Both the position numbers and the translations under genes were made by a program. From Lingula anatina (taxonomy: Eukaryota; Animalia; Brachiopoda), in NCBI GenBank assembly GCA_051362555.1, contig CM120642.1, positions 1,054,001-1,118,000 of the forward strand: a stretch of DNA of 64,000 nt. The letters run 5' to 3'. The notes under the pieces are model-generated. The model made no database searches. It saw only the letters and a program-made list of their open reading frames with translations, and was not told the origin of the DNA. Positions 35,301-46,400 of this stretch are shown here, piece after piece; the first letter of the stretch is position 1; every line of letters starts with the position of its first letter.

Positions 35301-37849
35301 AATTGAAAGGACGCAGATGCAAATAGCCTTCATTAGTGTTTTTTCACTGCTCTAATGATGGTGTGTCCTTGTAACACAAAAGGATTTGTAATTTTGCTAC
35401 AATCATGTGATTACAGTAACATACAGTGGGGGTCGTACAGAAGTTTTAAATGTTAAAGGCCAATTGTTGCCACATAATTCTACATGTCAAATATTATTTA
35501 GATAATACTGTCACTGTGAGCTGTTTCTTTTCAATTCATTGTCACAATGAGTATTATCATTTTTGTAATATATATTTGTTCCATTTTTTGCGTTCTTTGG
35601 GACAACCACATATTCAACAGTATATGACAATATATTACGGAACTGAAACAATGTGGTTAGATACATTTTAAAGGTGTTTTAAAAATCCAATCTTTAGATG
35701 GAATGGAATATTTCAATATACCTAGCAATCTGAACATTACAGTTTTTTTGAAACATTTTAATAATCAATCTAAAAAAACTTCCACTTCAATCTAAAATAA
35801 AAACTTACACATAATACTCTCATAACCTGACCTGTGCAGGCAATGGACCACAGTCTAATAAACTTTTAAAAGTACTTAATGTGCACGTCACTGTGGCTAC
35901 GCTAGGATGAACAGACTTCAAACTGGTAAGAAAATGTGATATATCACAACATTGTCATTCATGTGACAAGCTTTTGGTTCTAAACCCTAGGACAACAACC
36001 TGGTGAAAAAGGGTGATGGAGACTTCCCATTATATGAAGGAGAAGCCATAGCCACTTGAGGCCAAGTTGTAAGGGTCGTATTGACACAGGTCAAATTCTG
36101 CACGATATCGACTCACTGATACAATACTGTGAACATGTACAAATCTTCATTAAAAAACCATCTCTGTAATCTCTTCTAACTATTATTTAGCCATTTATTC
36201 ACTTAAGCAAGGAACTGTTTTTAACAGTTTCTAGTCTTGGGGCTGTTTATCACTTCTAGCAAAAAGATTAGTGCCCATATTCTACTGTGGAGTAATACTC
36301 ACGACTATAATAAGTTATGAATACTTAAAAAATGTTTGGCCTAAATGTGTTGCAATACAGGTATAACTCCACACACTGAATTAAACATAATGAATTAAAC
36401 ATAATGAATTTAATTAAATCTTTAAATACTTTCAGAGCACTACAACAGATTGAGAGGTCACTACACAGCCTTATGGTAATGATATTAATTTTTGCTCTTA
36501 AATTTTTGAAAGCAACTTATCAAAGGATAATTGAAGGATAAGTGAAAGATAATCTAGTGAAACATAACATCTCGGCTATGTTGATACTAGGTTATATCTT
36601 TTTCTAAAATGAATTTCATTCACAATAGTTTATTGTCCTGTACATTCTAGGTGAAAGTGACAACTCTCCACCACCTGCTATATGCTGGTAGTATAAAGTT
36701 TGATTACCAGCATGATGCTGGCTTAAACAATTACTGTTTCCACATTTATGCCTTTGTTCCTGTTCATTTACCTCTCAACCTCCCAGTGTAATAAAAGATG
36801 CCTGCTTCATGGTGGCTTCCAGCACAGTTTCTCTTTTAACTCAATAAAAAATATAACCTATTGCTTTTGTCCTATGTGAACAGAGAGAACACCTTAGTTG
36901 ACAATGTAGAGCTTTGGCACAGTTTCACATAGGTTGATAAACACTTAAGTACATTTTACAAAATATCACGTCATAAATGCCATTCATACTTGGAAGCCAT
37001 GGACGTATTGTTAAGAGGAAGGAGTCAACAGTGTTTATTTAAAATCTGTCACTAATTAAACTCGTCTTACTTCCTGTTTCATAAAGTTATAAAGATAAAA
37101 CTATGTTCTTGTCTTTAACTAGCCCAGGAGAACACTACAGTATAACAAGAATTAGAATGACTCCGATTTAAGTAAATAGCACAGTTTGCATTAATATATT
37201 ATTCCATTTCACTCTATATAGCTGCTACAGTCCAGGTCAAAGCGGTGCATTCATCAAAACCATACAAAACCCACATTTTCGACCCTTGTTCTCCTTTTTC
37301 GCCAACATAAACGTCGTGTTTTTGTCCTGAAATAGAACAATACCCGGGATTCCCCCTCTGTCTCTGAGAACCCCCTTTCAATGGGCTCAGCCACGCGTGA
37401 ACCTCACAATGCAAACCTTCGGTTCTTTTGAAATCTCACCTTGATTTTTCGCTCACTTCTCGAGGGATTCCCGTCGTTTCATTTACTGCAAAAGAAAAGA
37501 GATATACCATCACGTAACCAGGTCATTGTATACGGCGGGGATTAACGACACGAATATGGCTTGGGGCGTTCAACGGCAGATGGGGAAGGCGTCAACCACA
37601 GAGCAGGGACGTGGTTTGGGGGGGGGGGTTAAAATCGACATATCACACACGCACGCGCATACACAATGGATTTGTTTACATTTCAGACTACGTCAATAGG
37701 GAGACCCCAGCACGTGAGTCATCGACTAGAAGGGAAATCTACGTGAACTTACCTGCGTTGCAATCGGCGATCGGCACGGTATCGTTGGGGTTTGGTAAAA
37801 CCTCTGTGCTCGTTTCTTCCAGCTGCGATTCGCTGCGAGCAGCCGCCAT
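7963..37849 (-). CDS. Uncharacterised multi-exon gene, about 355 aa (Ser/Thr/Asn-rich disordered region plus C-terminal CPKC-x14-CQEC putative zinc ribbon); predicted exons 37849-37753, 35241-35220, 30497-30453, 27090-27024, 11075-10500, 10049-9921, 8094-7963
   Basis: GT-AG junctions, phases 1/2/2/0/0/0, total 1068 nt with no internal stop. The first exon lies in a CpG-rich promoter region. No family recognised. The three small exons are less certain than the last three. Confidence 0.7.
9921..10049 (-). CDS. Unknown gene, exon with two CxxC motifs ([43 protein letters not shown])
   Basis: Acceptor cttcttctctatag, donor GTG|gtaagt, 129 nt, phase 0-0. Confidence 0.85.
10500..11075 (-). CDS. 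Unknown gene, large 576-nt exon (DENTTVRSQ...LDSPDLER)
   Basis: Longest ORF in the window (199 aa track ORF), acceptor ttttctacattctag, donor AGG|gtaatt, exactly 192 codons. Confidence 0.85.
11380..11467. repeat. (CA)n microsatellite
   Basis: Dinucleotide run. Confidence 0.9.
13472..13538. repeat. (CT)n microsatellite
   Basis: Pure dinucleotide run. Confidence 0.95.
14805..15635. mobile_element. Possible Kolobok-like non-autonomous element remnant
   Basis: Begins TTAA|GGTGGGTTTACA (a near-identical inverted end GTAAACACACC|TTAA occurs near 9102-9115) and is locally CpG-richer than its flanks; right TIR only weakly recognisable. Confidence 0.3.
18989..19246. mobile_element. 258-bp MITE, TA target duplication, CGGTAA termini
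   Basis: TA|CGGTAACGACGCCATCTTTTCGATGG ... CCATTGAAAAGATGGCATCATTACCG|TA (23/26). Confidence 0.85.
19505..19705. mobile_element. Degenerate foldback MITE
   Basis: AGTTGATCTGCGGATTAACAGATC versus reverse complement AGTTGATCCGTGGACTAAGAGATC; boundaries approximate. Confidence 0.55.
20727..21020 (+). mobile_element. Degenerate HINE-like element
   Basis: Starts TATTACCCCACC, has internal AAAATATCTCAAAAAG...ATTTTGATGAAAT and ends CCTGGGGAGGTCTGCAC...TGTTCTTTGGTT, resembling HINE termini recalled from other animals. Confidence 0.45.
21119..21332. mobile_element. PIF/Harbinger-like foldback MITE
   Basis: TTA|GGGTGCATTCCCATAGAT ... ATCTCTGGGAATGCGGTC|TTA, with further internal inverted segments (CTGTCAGA/TCTGACAG). 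Confidence 0.7.
21886..25157. mobile_element. 3.27-kb non-autonomous TIR DNA transposon, TA target duplication (Tc1/mariner-pogo type)
   Basis: TA|CGGTAAAGTGCCATGAATTTCGAAC ... GTTCGAAATTCATGGCACATTACCG|TA (24/25 inverted match), subterminal GAATTTCG repeats, no intact transposase ORF. Confidence 0.88.
23780..23864 (+). mobile_element. Partial copy of the 2088-2253 MITE nested in the 3.27-kb element
   Basis: GAGAATAATATCAT..GTTGG..TACGCACAGTG.ATCCGTGCGTATGCCTGGTTACGCCCCTG closely matches 2180-2253. Confidence 0.8.
25700..26000 (-). mobile_element. Helentron-associated (HINE/DINE-1-like) non-autonomous element, 5' part
   Basis: Minus strand starts TTTTTA, then a perfect 14-bp hairpin TATGTACAGACACA-nn-TGTGTCTGTACATA (25967-25996) and a (GCCGAT)n microsatellite; this is the architecture of HINEs. 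Far boundary uncertain. Confidence 0.7.
26439..26593. repeat. Minisatellite, 31-bp unit x5
   Basis: CAGTTATAATGTCACATCTAACACAATGAAG with progressive divergence between copies. Confidence 0.9.
26618..26795. mobile_element. Older degenerate copy of the 29620-29787 MITE family
   Basis: Left end CAGGGGCCCTCGCTAAATGCAATCAGCTT; decayed right end CTCAGCCACAGTCACTG. Confidence 0.55.
27024..27090 (-). CDS. Unknown gene, 67-nt exon ([22 protein letters not shown])
   Basis: Strong acceptor tttttgcctcttcatttcag, donor TGT|gtaagt, phase 2-0 matching the next exon. Confidence 0.7.
29100..29310. repeat. Degenerate plus pure (CA)n tract
   Basis: CA/CATG-rich sequence ending in a pure (CA)n run. Confidence 0.9.
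29620..29787. mobile_element. 168-bp MITE with about 40-bp TIRs (mariner/Tigger-like)
   Basis: CAGGGACTCTCGCTGATTGCAATCAGCTTAACTGAATGA versus reverse complement of the right end CAGTGACTCTTGCTAAGTGCAATCAGCTTAACTGAATGA; TA at the right flank. Confidence 0.8.
30453..30497 (-). CDS. Unknown gene, predicted 45-nt exon ([14 protein letters not shown])
   Basis: Pyrimidine tract ttttcctcgtgtttgttgtcccatgcacag, donor TGG|gtaatt, phase 2-2. Confidence 0.55.
32306..32374. repeat. (CT)n microsatellite
   Basis: Pure dinucleotide run. Confidence 0.95.
32640..32792. repeat. Diverged tandem duplication, about 82-bp period
   Basis: CTAATCATAATT.GACATAT..ACAGTTTAACATTA...GACAACA.AGTGAT.AG occurs twice. Confidence 0.75.
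35220..35241 (-). CDS. Unknown gene, predicted 22-nt microexon (GSCHGNQ)
   Basis: ctatttcttgtggtgatag|GGAGTTGCCACGGCAACCAGCA|gtaagg; converts phase 1 to the phase 2 needed downstream. Confidence 0.45.
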
Positions 37850-38200
37850 GTTGTGATGACTTCACCACACCCCACATCCGGGCCTCCGAACGAAGACACA
37901 CCCACCAGTGCTGCATGTTTATCACGCAGCTCATCAACTGGCACTGCAAATAATTTATTGGGTCAAGCTAATAAAAAGTCAGAAAGCCAATTACCATATA
38001 AATTCACCAGGCGAAGATATTTGGAGCTTTTTGTGGCTCCGTAGCAACGCGGGCGGGGAAGGGGCGAGTCCGTTTTAACGCTGAAACTACCACGTTGAGA
38101 TCTATATGGGACTGAACGCAGTCGAGCGCGGTGTGCCGGTGAAACATCTGTGGAAATAAATTATCATAATTATATCGGCGTCCCGTGCAAAAATTCATTG
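37240..38200 (-). promoter_or_regulatory. CpG-rich promoter and first-exon region of the unknown gene
   Basis: Abrupt rise in CpG frequency, GC boxes (GGGCGGGG near 38051, GGGGCGAG near 38061) and a YY1-type AACATGGCGGC motif overlapping the ATG. Confidence 0.65.
37753..37849 (-). CDS. Unknown gene, first coding exon ([32 protein letters not shown])
   Basis: caacATGGCG strong start, consensus donor CAG|gtaagt, CpG-rich context. Confidence 0.75.
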
Positions 38201-39934
38201 AACAAACTACAAAGAAAGGGTGGATGCATGGGTGGGACAGGGCTTGCTACAGAATTTAGGACATTGCTTATTTAATTCTAGAGATGGATATAGGATAAAA
38301 TTGGAGTCGCATGGAACGCAGAGGGCTTGCTATTAATTTTAAATAAGATCCATCCAATCAGTTGAAAGATATCTTTTCTTTATTAATATATTATTTTCAG
38401 ATGGAAGTCTACACAAATAATTTAGAATGAAGTAATTTCAAACAGATAGCTTCAATATGCATGTTAAGCTTCAACTTCAAAGAGGAGATAGGCCTATAGG
38501 CCTAACCATGAAAGATGTTTGGATTTTAAGTGTAGACGCGTGCTCACTGTGGCCAAAATTTTAAGGGCCAAATAATAAATAAATATCTGTCAAAGTGCAG
38601 CCCTTCTATTGTAGATAAGGCATAAAAAAACTTTGTCATATTTGATGGAAGAGATTTCATGTAAGCCCATTGTAGGGCCTATATGATTAGGCCTACCATT
38701 AACACATAGGCCTACAAATCAGCTGACGAAGAAAACCCGTCGCTGATTTGAACAGCTACTTCATACGTAAGCATTTTTCAGCCACCCTGGGTTTTCAGAT
38801 ACTGGAAGCGAGTCATGCTGTTATTGAAAAGACGCTCAACCTTCCGCGCTGTCCTTACAAACGCAGGGTGACACAATTCCTACTTGAGATATGTCATTTG
38901 TTAATATTTGTTACAAGAGAACAACAAATATTCTACCAACTGAAACAAGATAATCCTCAAGCCCTTTACACATAGATAATATTTGTTTACGTTTTAAATG
39001 TCACATTCAAAATGGTGATCATTCTTCCGTTATTATTTAAAGTTCGAACTAATGTGGATTTTTCTTCTATACCACCAGCATTAAGTGTTTTTTGAAAAGC
39101 GTGCCTTTTCACGGGAGTAAATGCAATTGCGAAAGTTTCATTTTAGCGTTCCTCAAAAAATTCGGAGAAAAAAGACTAATTTAGCAGAATCATGTATGTT
39201 TCCTCCCTGATAAGTGGCCATCCTTTTTGCCAAGGAAAGCATTAATATATTTAGATGTATAGACAAACCCAGCATAGAAACGCGACGGTTATTCTGTTCC
39301 CCCTTCTGAAATATTTGTCTGTGTATAGCCCCACCTTTACATGAACCCACTGGCTCACCAATGTGAATTGTAAAATTGTAAACCGACATATTTTTCTTCG
39401 CCTTTTTTTCCTCATTGCACCATCTGTCGATTGGAATGCGGGTTTCTTATTTACAGGAATAAATACAGTCGTAAAGCACGGTGTCTCATTTCTAGAATAG
39501 TTGAATTTGATTGACAACCGGAGGAGATTTTGTTGATACTTTTAGACACGGTTAAGTGGAAACGTGATCGCTGCTGCTGATTTTGTTGATCTAGAAGAGT
39601 ACCTAAAATTCGGCTGTGAGGATCTGCGAACTTGCTTCACTCACCCCTTAAATCATGCAAATATAACGATTATAATAATAATAATGAATAATTTAATGAA
39701 TTAATTAAGTTTTCGATTGACAAATAAATAGATAAAATATTAGATAAGCTTATTAGTTAAAAGAACAGAATTAGCATTTGGACAAATTTTTTCTTACAAT
39801 TCGTGGGTTAAAAATACCAATTTCTAAACACCTGGGCAAAGTTGCTGGGTGCCAGGAGAAAATGTGCAATTTGAGCTTATCTGTTAACTACATTCTTAAC
39901 GTTATTCTTACTGCTTTCTGCACCCTATGTTCCA

Positions 39935-39966
<32 letters not shown>

Positions 39967-41169
39967 GAAGCACCCGGATTTCTCTTTTTATAAAACTAAT
40001 CATCACACACCGCGCTTGCCACGACAATGAAAAAAATTGTCTAACTTGAAAAAAATATGAGACACCTTTTTATATTTACTTGAACGTGTCATCAGGTGGC
40101 GGGGATACAAATTATTTCTTAAATTGGTACGATAAGGCTCCCAGGTAACGCTACGGATGAGATCATTTTAAAGATAAGAGACGTCAGCAGCAGCGACCCG
40201 TTTAACCAGTTAAATGAATCCACCGCCCAGACTTTCTCCCCACGGCAATACGATACAATGATAATAACGGGAAATCTATTACACATAACTTATGTCCTAT
40301 TTAGCAACGAGTTACCGTAATGTTTCTTTTCATTAGCCTTCATGTTTGCTACAAAATTCCCCTGTCAAATATACATGACGTAAGTCATATAGGTGTGCCT
40401 ATGGTAGTCTTTCAATATTGCCACGTTTATGGTGTATATTTGTCCTACTTGTGTGTATACATGACGTGCCTGGGGAGGGGAGGGGGGGAGGGAGGGGGAG
40501 GGGGGATGACCCTCTACCAGGACCGCAGATGAATTTTGTGCATTTTTTTCCAACGCGGGAAATGTGCCATGAATTAGCTAGAGACATAAATGTGGATATA
40601 TAGTGAAAAATCAATCTGTGGCTCTGGTAGAGAGTAGAGGGGAGCTTATGGGTTTGGCAGGTTCCTTTTCTCCACCGTGTCAGTCATAGAGACAGGAGGG
40701 GAGGGGGAGGCACGGGGACGCCAAGTCGCTGTTTTTTTATTTTTCTTTGTAAATGGCAACAACCCACCCGGATCAACACCGGTTCAAAATTATAAATTTG
40801 AAATGTCAGGCGTCCTGGCAAATTGTATGATAATGCAGTAAGATACGGGTATGTTAAAATTAACGGCAGCACAGCGCCCCACCCATTTACTTGTATTGAA
40901 ATCAAGTATTGACTATACTGTGCACGGGCTCTCTAGGTTGAGAATCTCCACGGGCGATTATTGCGACGGCGTGGGCCAGCACAACTGATGCAATCCAGAG
41001 AGATCTTTCCCCTAGTGAAAAAAATACCCAAGCTTGTAAAAGGAAGATGTATTTGATGATAGCAAGGAAAGAGCCGTGCGCTGCATATTAAGTTGGCTTG
41101 TGTAATATTTGACAACAGGTAGAAATGAGGAGGGCGTTTCTTTCAGGAAAATTGACGGTATCATACTGT

Positions 41170-41353
41170 GCCGGTGTGAGAGTGTGACAGGCTTGGCAGT
41201 CCGCTAGAATCGTAGTACGGTTCCCAGCAGTATTTTGTACAGGTGATAGTCAACCAATATTCTAACCCAAAATACTAACCCTAACCTGTACTAAACATAA
41301 GGAACCCCGGGTTTCCATTCCTAGGACTTGGTACCATTCCTGTCACACCTGGC
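41170..41353. mobile_element. Short foldback non-autonomous element with internal CTAACCCTAACC
   Basis: GCCGGTGTGA..GTGTGACAGG at left versus CCTGTCACACCTGGC at right; GGTTCC/GGAACC internal inversion. Confidence 0.55.
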
Positions 41354-42053
41354 TTTACATACATGTAATTTCTCGTTTTAGCAAATTACTAATCGTGTTC
41401 ATTTGGACTTCCCCCCAAACGATACAAGTATAGATCTTTTAACATCGTTTTACGCGTTGGGTTTTCATTAAAAAGATTGAAATAAGATAAGTAAAACAGC
41501 CAAGTCACCCTTTGTTTCAAGACTTTACAAGACTCACTTTTTCAGACAGATAGAGTGGAATTGCTGCAAGGCTATATTCACATCGAGACAGAGGTACATT
41601 GAAACTGGACCGGTCCACTTTGAGAAGTAGCCTGGGTAATATTACGCAAGTGAGTCTCCTAAACGTCTCCCCTTCCTACCCCCCCCCCCCCCCCACGTCC
41701 TCCGCACTCGACGTGATAATAAATAATTCAGCAGCCAACTTGTGGTGAACTACTGTAGCGTGAAATGTGCCGCTCGGCGCGAAAAACACCCTCCAAAGGT
41801 GCGTGTTCAGTTATATTTGTGTGTATTTTATTCCAATTTGACTTGAGGATGATATGCTGCTATTCAGAACATGGTGCGCAATCTCATGTACTTGCCTCTA
41901 CTCTGCTTTTTTGTGAGGGTTTGTGTCGTTTTGAGAGTCGTCTTATACCTGTAACAACCCCCGTCACACCATCGTCATCATCCGACGATCACGTATATGT
42001 CATTGGCATCCATAAAAAGCCTTTATTTTTTGTTACACTTTAATATCATGGCA

Positions 42054-42054
<1 letters not shown>

Positions 42055-42098
<44 letters not shown>
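42055..42098. repeat. (TTA)n microsatellite
   Basis: Trinucleotide run; a similar run lies at 39935-39966. Confidence 0.9.
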
Positions 42099-43339
42099 GT
42101 TAAAACCCGGCAGTGAAATAATATAGACGCTGACACCTTAGTTTTAATAGTTTTAGTTTTTATTTCTTCCTTTTTAATTGAGCACAGCCATATTCACTAC
42201 AACATTCACTGGCCTCGCGTATTGCAAAATAAAAAGATGACAAGATTTAGATTCACCGACCTGTGTGGTACAATAATATGGTACGATATGTGGTACAGTG
42301 TAGAACCCAGCATCTGAAGGTATCTTGCTTCCTTTATATTCACTCGATTCTCTTGTGTTTGAACACCAAAAATACATTTTCCTTTTAAACGACAAAATAG
42401 TTAAAGGTATATTTCCCAAATTTTGCTCAAATACTTGATCATTTTCTCATACAATCTGAAGGACTGTGACACGGACCGTTATATAAAACACAAGACCAGC
42501 AATGGGTGGACGCACTGATAACACTGGCACTCTGGTTTTGACCAAAAGTTCCTTAATTTGTGTGATTTTGACATTTACCAACATCAAATATATCAATGAG
42601 CATAAAATGAAGTAATCTTATCGTTGGTTTGGTTATAAGTAGTATTTCTGAAAAGAAGATGCTTATGAAAGACCATTTATATCACAATTACAAATAGATT
42701 AATTCACTGATATAAAAATATTAATAAAAGAGCATATACACGTATTTCTTTGTGGTGCTTAATTGTCTTTAATGTTTCAGGTGACCTTTGCAGGATTTTC
42801 GCGCCAAATCCAGTTGTCCTAAAGAAAAAAAATTCCCCTATCCACATATAACTGCTTGACCTGTCCCTGACTTTGGGACATCTTAAAACACGTATAGCAA
42901 ACTATTAATCTACTTTTTGGAATGTTTTCAATGACATCCTATTCATATAGTGAATGCATAAAAATCATTGACTATGATATTTCATAATTTGACTATGATA
43001 GTATAAATCAATGGTGTATAAAAGTACTAGAAAAGTATATGTACACTGTCGCTTCCAAGTTGTACTAATAATGCTTCATGGCTCCCAATTTAACTGCTCG
43101 AGCTCCAAACTGATAGGCATACAATGTGTGCCAGAACTTTATATGACTGAAAATCTGGATATGACAGCAGTCTGCCATAATCAATACGGTATACCTACCA
43201 ACCTACCTATGACAGAAACCACTACCTATATACATGGTATACATATAATTTTGTGCTGTACAAATTAACTAATAGAAAACAAAACAAAGAACCTAAATGA
43301 CAACAATGTTAAGTCTATATATATATGGAATATCTTGGC

Positions 43340-43465
43340 CTATAATTTGTTAAAAGAATCTGGTTCGTAAGCACGATTCTCAAAGTCCTGCATGTCATCT
43401 CTTTTGTCTTGGGGCCGTAACTGGTGCTCTTTGAGGTCCTCGGGTTCTATAAGACGGCGACAGGC
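43340..43465 (-). CDS. SLC6 terminal coding exon
   Basis: Acceptor ctacccctag, [41 protein letters not shown] then TAG. Confidence 0.88.
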   Translation of the reverse strand, partial: ACRRLIEPEDLKEHQLRPQDKRDDMQDFENRAYEPDSFNKL

Positions 43466-46400
43466 CTAGGGGTAGAAACAATAATAATAATAATAATAAT
43501 ATTTAATTTAATTTAATAACATTAACAGGAACAGAGCGTGTGGCTTAAAATAAAGGTGATTGTTTAATAAGGGAAGCAATGCCAAATATTAATTATTTTG
43601 ACTGTTCCTTCAGTGAAAAAATTCGATATCAGTATCAGTGCGTTTTGACGTACCCTTCTGCAGTTTGCATATTGGAAGGCTTTGTAAACGGCCACCAGAG
43701 GGATCCATATTGCTGAGCAGCAAGCCAAGGCCCATCCGATACCTACGGCCCAGTCTGGGTATATGTACTTGCCAGCGGGGCGGTCATAGGTCAACTCAGA
43801 GTAGTTGATGGCGCTCATAATAAACACGGCCTGAAAACATGTGGTAGAAATCTTAAAGTAGACAGTTTATTTATTTGTTAATATGCAGAATAAAAACAAA
43901 TTATGAAAATAGAAAAAAACAAACTTTCTAAGTTTGACCGACTCTCGAAACGGCAAAAACTCAACAGTTTTGGCTAAAATATACTTCTGTAATTTAGAGT
44001 AAACGGTTAAAATTACATTTTTTACTCTATAAAATTTGGCGAGAGCAGCAGAGCTGATCAATAGTCAACTTACAATGCAAAATATAGGCGATACTACCAA
44101 CCAACACCACTTCATGTACGGATTGGGCCGGAACCCTAGCATCATCTGAAGATTGTCGTAGAAGCGGTTTATCCCTAAAGAGAGATGCTTGAAATTAATG
44201 AAAGTGAGCAATATCATGCATAAAATAGTTTTCGTCTTTGTTTAGAGACTAAATAACATCAGTTACACGTCTCGGCCCACCACCTGTGGACGTTGGTGAC
44301 GTGAATGGGGATTTCGCTTTGGAATTGTAAATGAGCTTCATGTTGTACATATCATACTGATACATTTTCATTGTTGTTTACACTCATCTAATTATGTATA
44401 TACTTTTCGTCTTTACAAACTGGTGCATTAGAATAAATATAAATAAATAGAGAAACAGAACAAGTGACCGTTACCGTAAAGATAGGCTACCGCGATACAC
44501 TCAAAGAACGCCACAAACAAAATAATTCTGCTCCCGGTGTAATAGTCAAACAGCTGGAATACATACATTCCTCCCTGAAATGAAAAGTTACTGATTTAAA
44601 ATCTTATTTTCCTGGAAAGACCGATAAAAAGGTAGTAACCATAAAGAAAAACCAGTCGGTCTAGAACGCAAATGGTTTTGTTAGTTTTTCACATACTGAT
44701 ATCTTAACGGTTTCCAGAATGAAAGACAGATGACTGAGGTAAGTAAGTGGGACTGATCCTGAGTTCTTATAGATCAAAAAGATAAATGCAGTTTGTTTCC
44801 TTACTAAACTAATCACGAACTTTAAAAATAGAAAAAAGCTATCTTCCGATAAAATATGATGATTATTGTCTAAAATGTTTAACTCTGAAAAAGGGAAAGT
44901 TCAGTTAAGTATAGAAGGTGGCTGATACAGCCAAGACGGCTTGGAGAATTGAGATTTTTACAAAAAATGTCTATCATAATATATTTACATTTGTCACCAT
45001 GCTTAAGCCGACCAGGAACATTATGAAGCACATGATACCAATGAAGATCTCTCTTCTGTAGCCACGGCGTAGAGTGCTGGCAAACTCGTCCACAAACGCC
45101 GCTATCAGGCCTTCCACGCCCACAAACTGTAAGGTAAAACGCGCGTAAAATTTAGTCAGCCAATATAAATCAACCTGAATTTCAGAGTTTATCAAAAATT
45201 GCCAGAAATTATTTGACAATTCTGCTACTGGAAACCGCTGAGACAGTAGGAGCTGGTTTCCAGTAAACCCTGAAAACTCGATGTGAGATGAATGAATGTC
45301 TCATTTAGGTATTGGCCACATGCGATCTTTATATAACAAGTGAAGTGTTTTTTATTAACTTAATCATGTATTATGACACACTAAACCTCACATAGTATTT
45401 CTAATAATATAATCCCCCCTTTGAGAGAGCAAGTTTCCGTGTTTCGTTTCTGTATGTTTCAGATATATGGAGGTCATGCGATTTTTTACAATCATTCATT
45501 TAGCCATAGATCAAATGCATATTGTAAAAAACGTTTGGTGTTTTAAATTTGTATATAACGTCCCGAGAAAATGGTCAACAACGAACTTATCAGGTTTTAT
45601 ATTTTAACAATTGACGTGACCGTATACAGTCCAGCTCCTCATGTCCTATACCCACCTGGCTGTCCAGTCCCAGCAGGATGACCATGATAAAGAAGAACAC
45701 TGACCACAAGGGAGCCACCGGCATTTCAGCTAGTGCTGTGGGGTAGGCAATGAAGGCCAAACCCGGACCTGGAAGACAACGTCATCCATACTGACCAACT
45801 TGGAAAATAACACAGAGGGTAATGGCATATATAGGGTGGATAAAAACAACGTCCCGAACTTGAGATTAACACTTAAACATGCTTGTTTACGCTAAGGTGT
45901 TAACATTGGCTCATAAAAGTTTGAAAGTCAAAGGCTTTTGTAACTTCCAAGCAGTGATCAATATTCTAAAATCACAGCTGAAATATTGTCTACCTGACTC
46001 GGCCACCTCGCTCACGGGTATGCCCTGTTTGTACGACATATAGCCCAAGGTACTGAAGATGACAAAGCCGGCAAAGATACTGGTTCCACTGTTCACTGAG
46101 GCAAAGATGATACAGTCCCTAGTAGGAAATATCATTTAGTAAAAGTTTATTTATTATAATAGCTTATACATACATTCATACCAGGTTCATTGGGCCTATA
46201 CGCCATCTACTGAATTATTATTTGTTTATTTTCTCACAATGAAATAAATAAAAAAGCGGGATTATTCTGAATACATTTATCATGATACATTTATATGATT
46301 TATTTATTTAATTATTTATTTTTATCTTATCATTGCGGTATTTTGGTGCATGTACACTTTCTTAAACTTTAAAGGATTCACTGGTCTAGGGTTTACAAAA

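Noticed and set aside
41270-41287. Telomeric repeat (CTAACCCTAACC)
   Set aside because: Only two units, internal to a foldback element.
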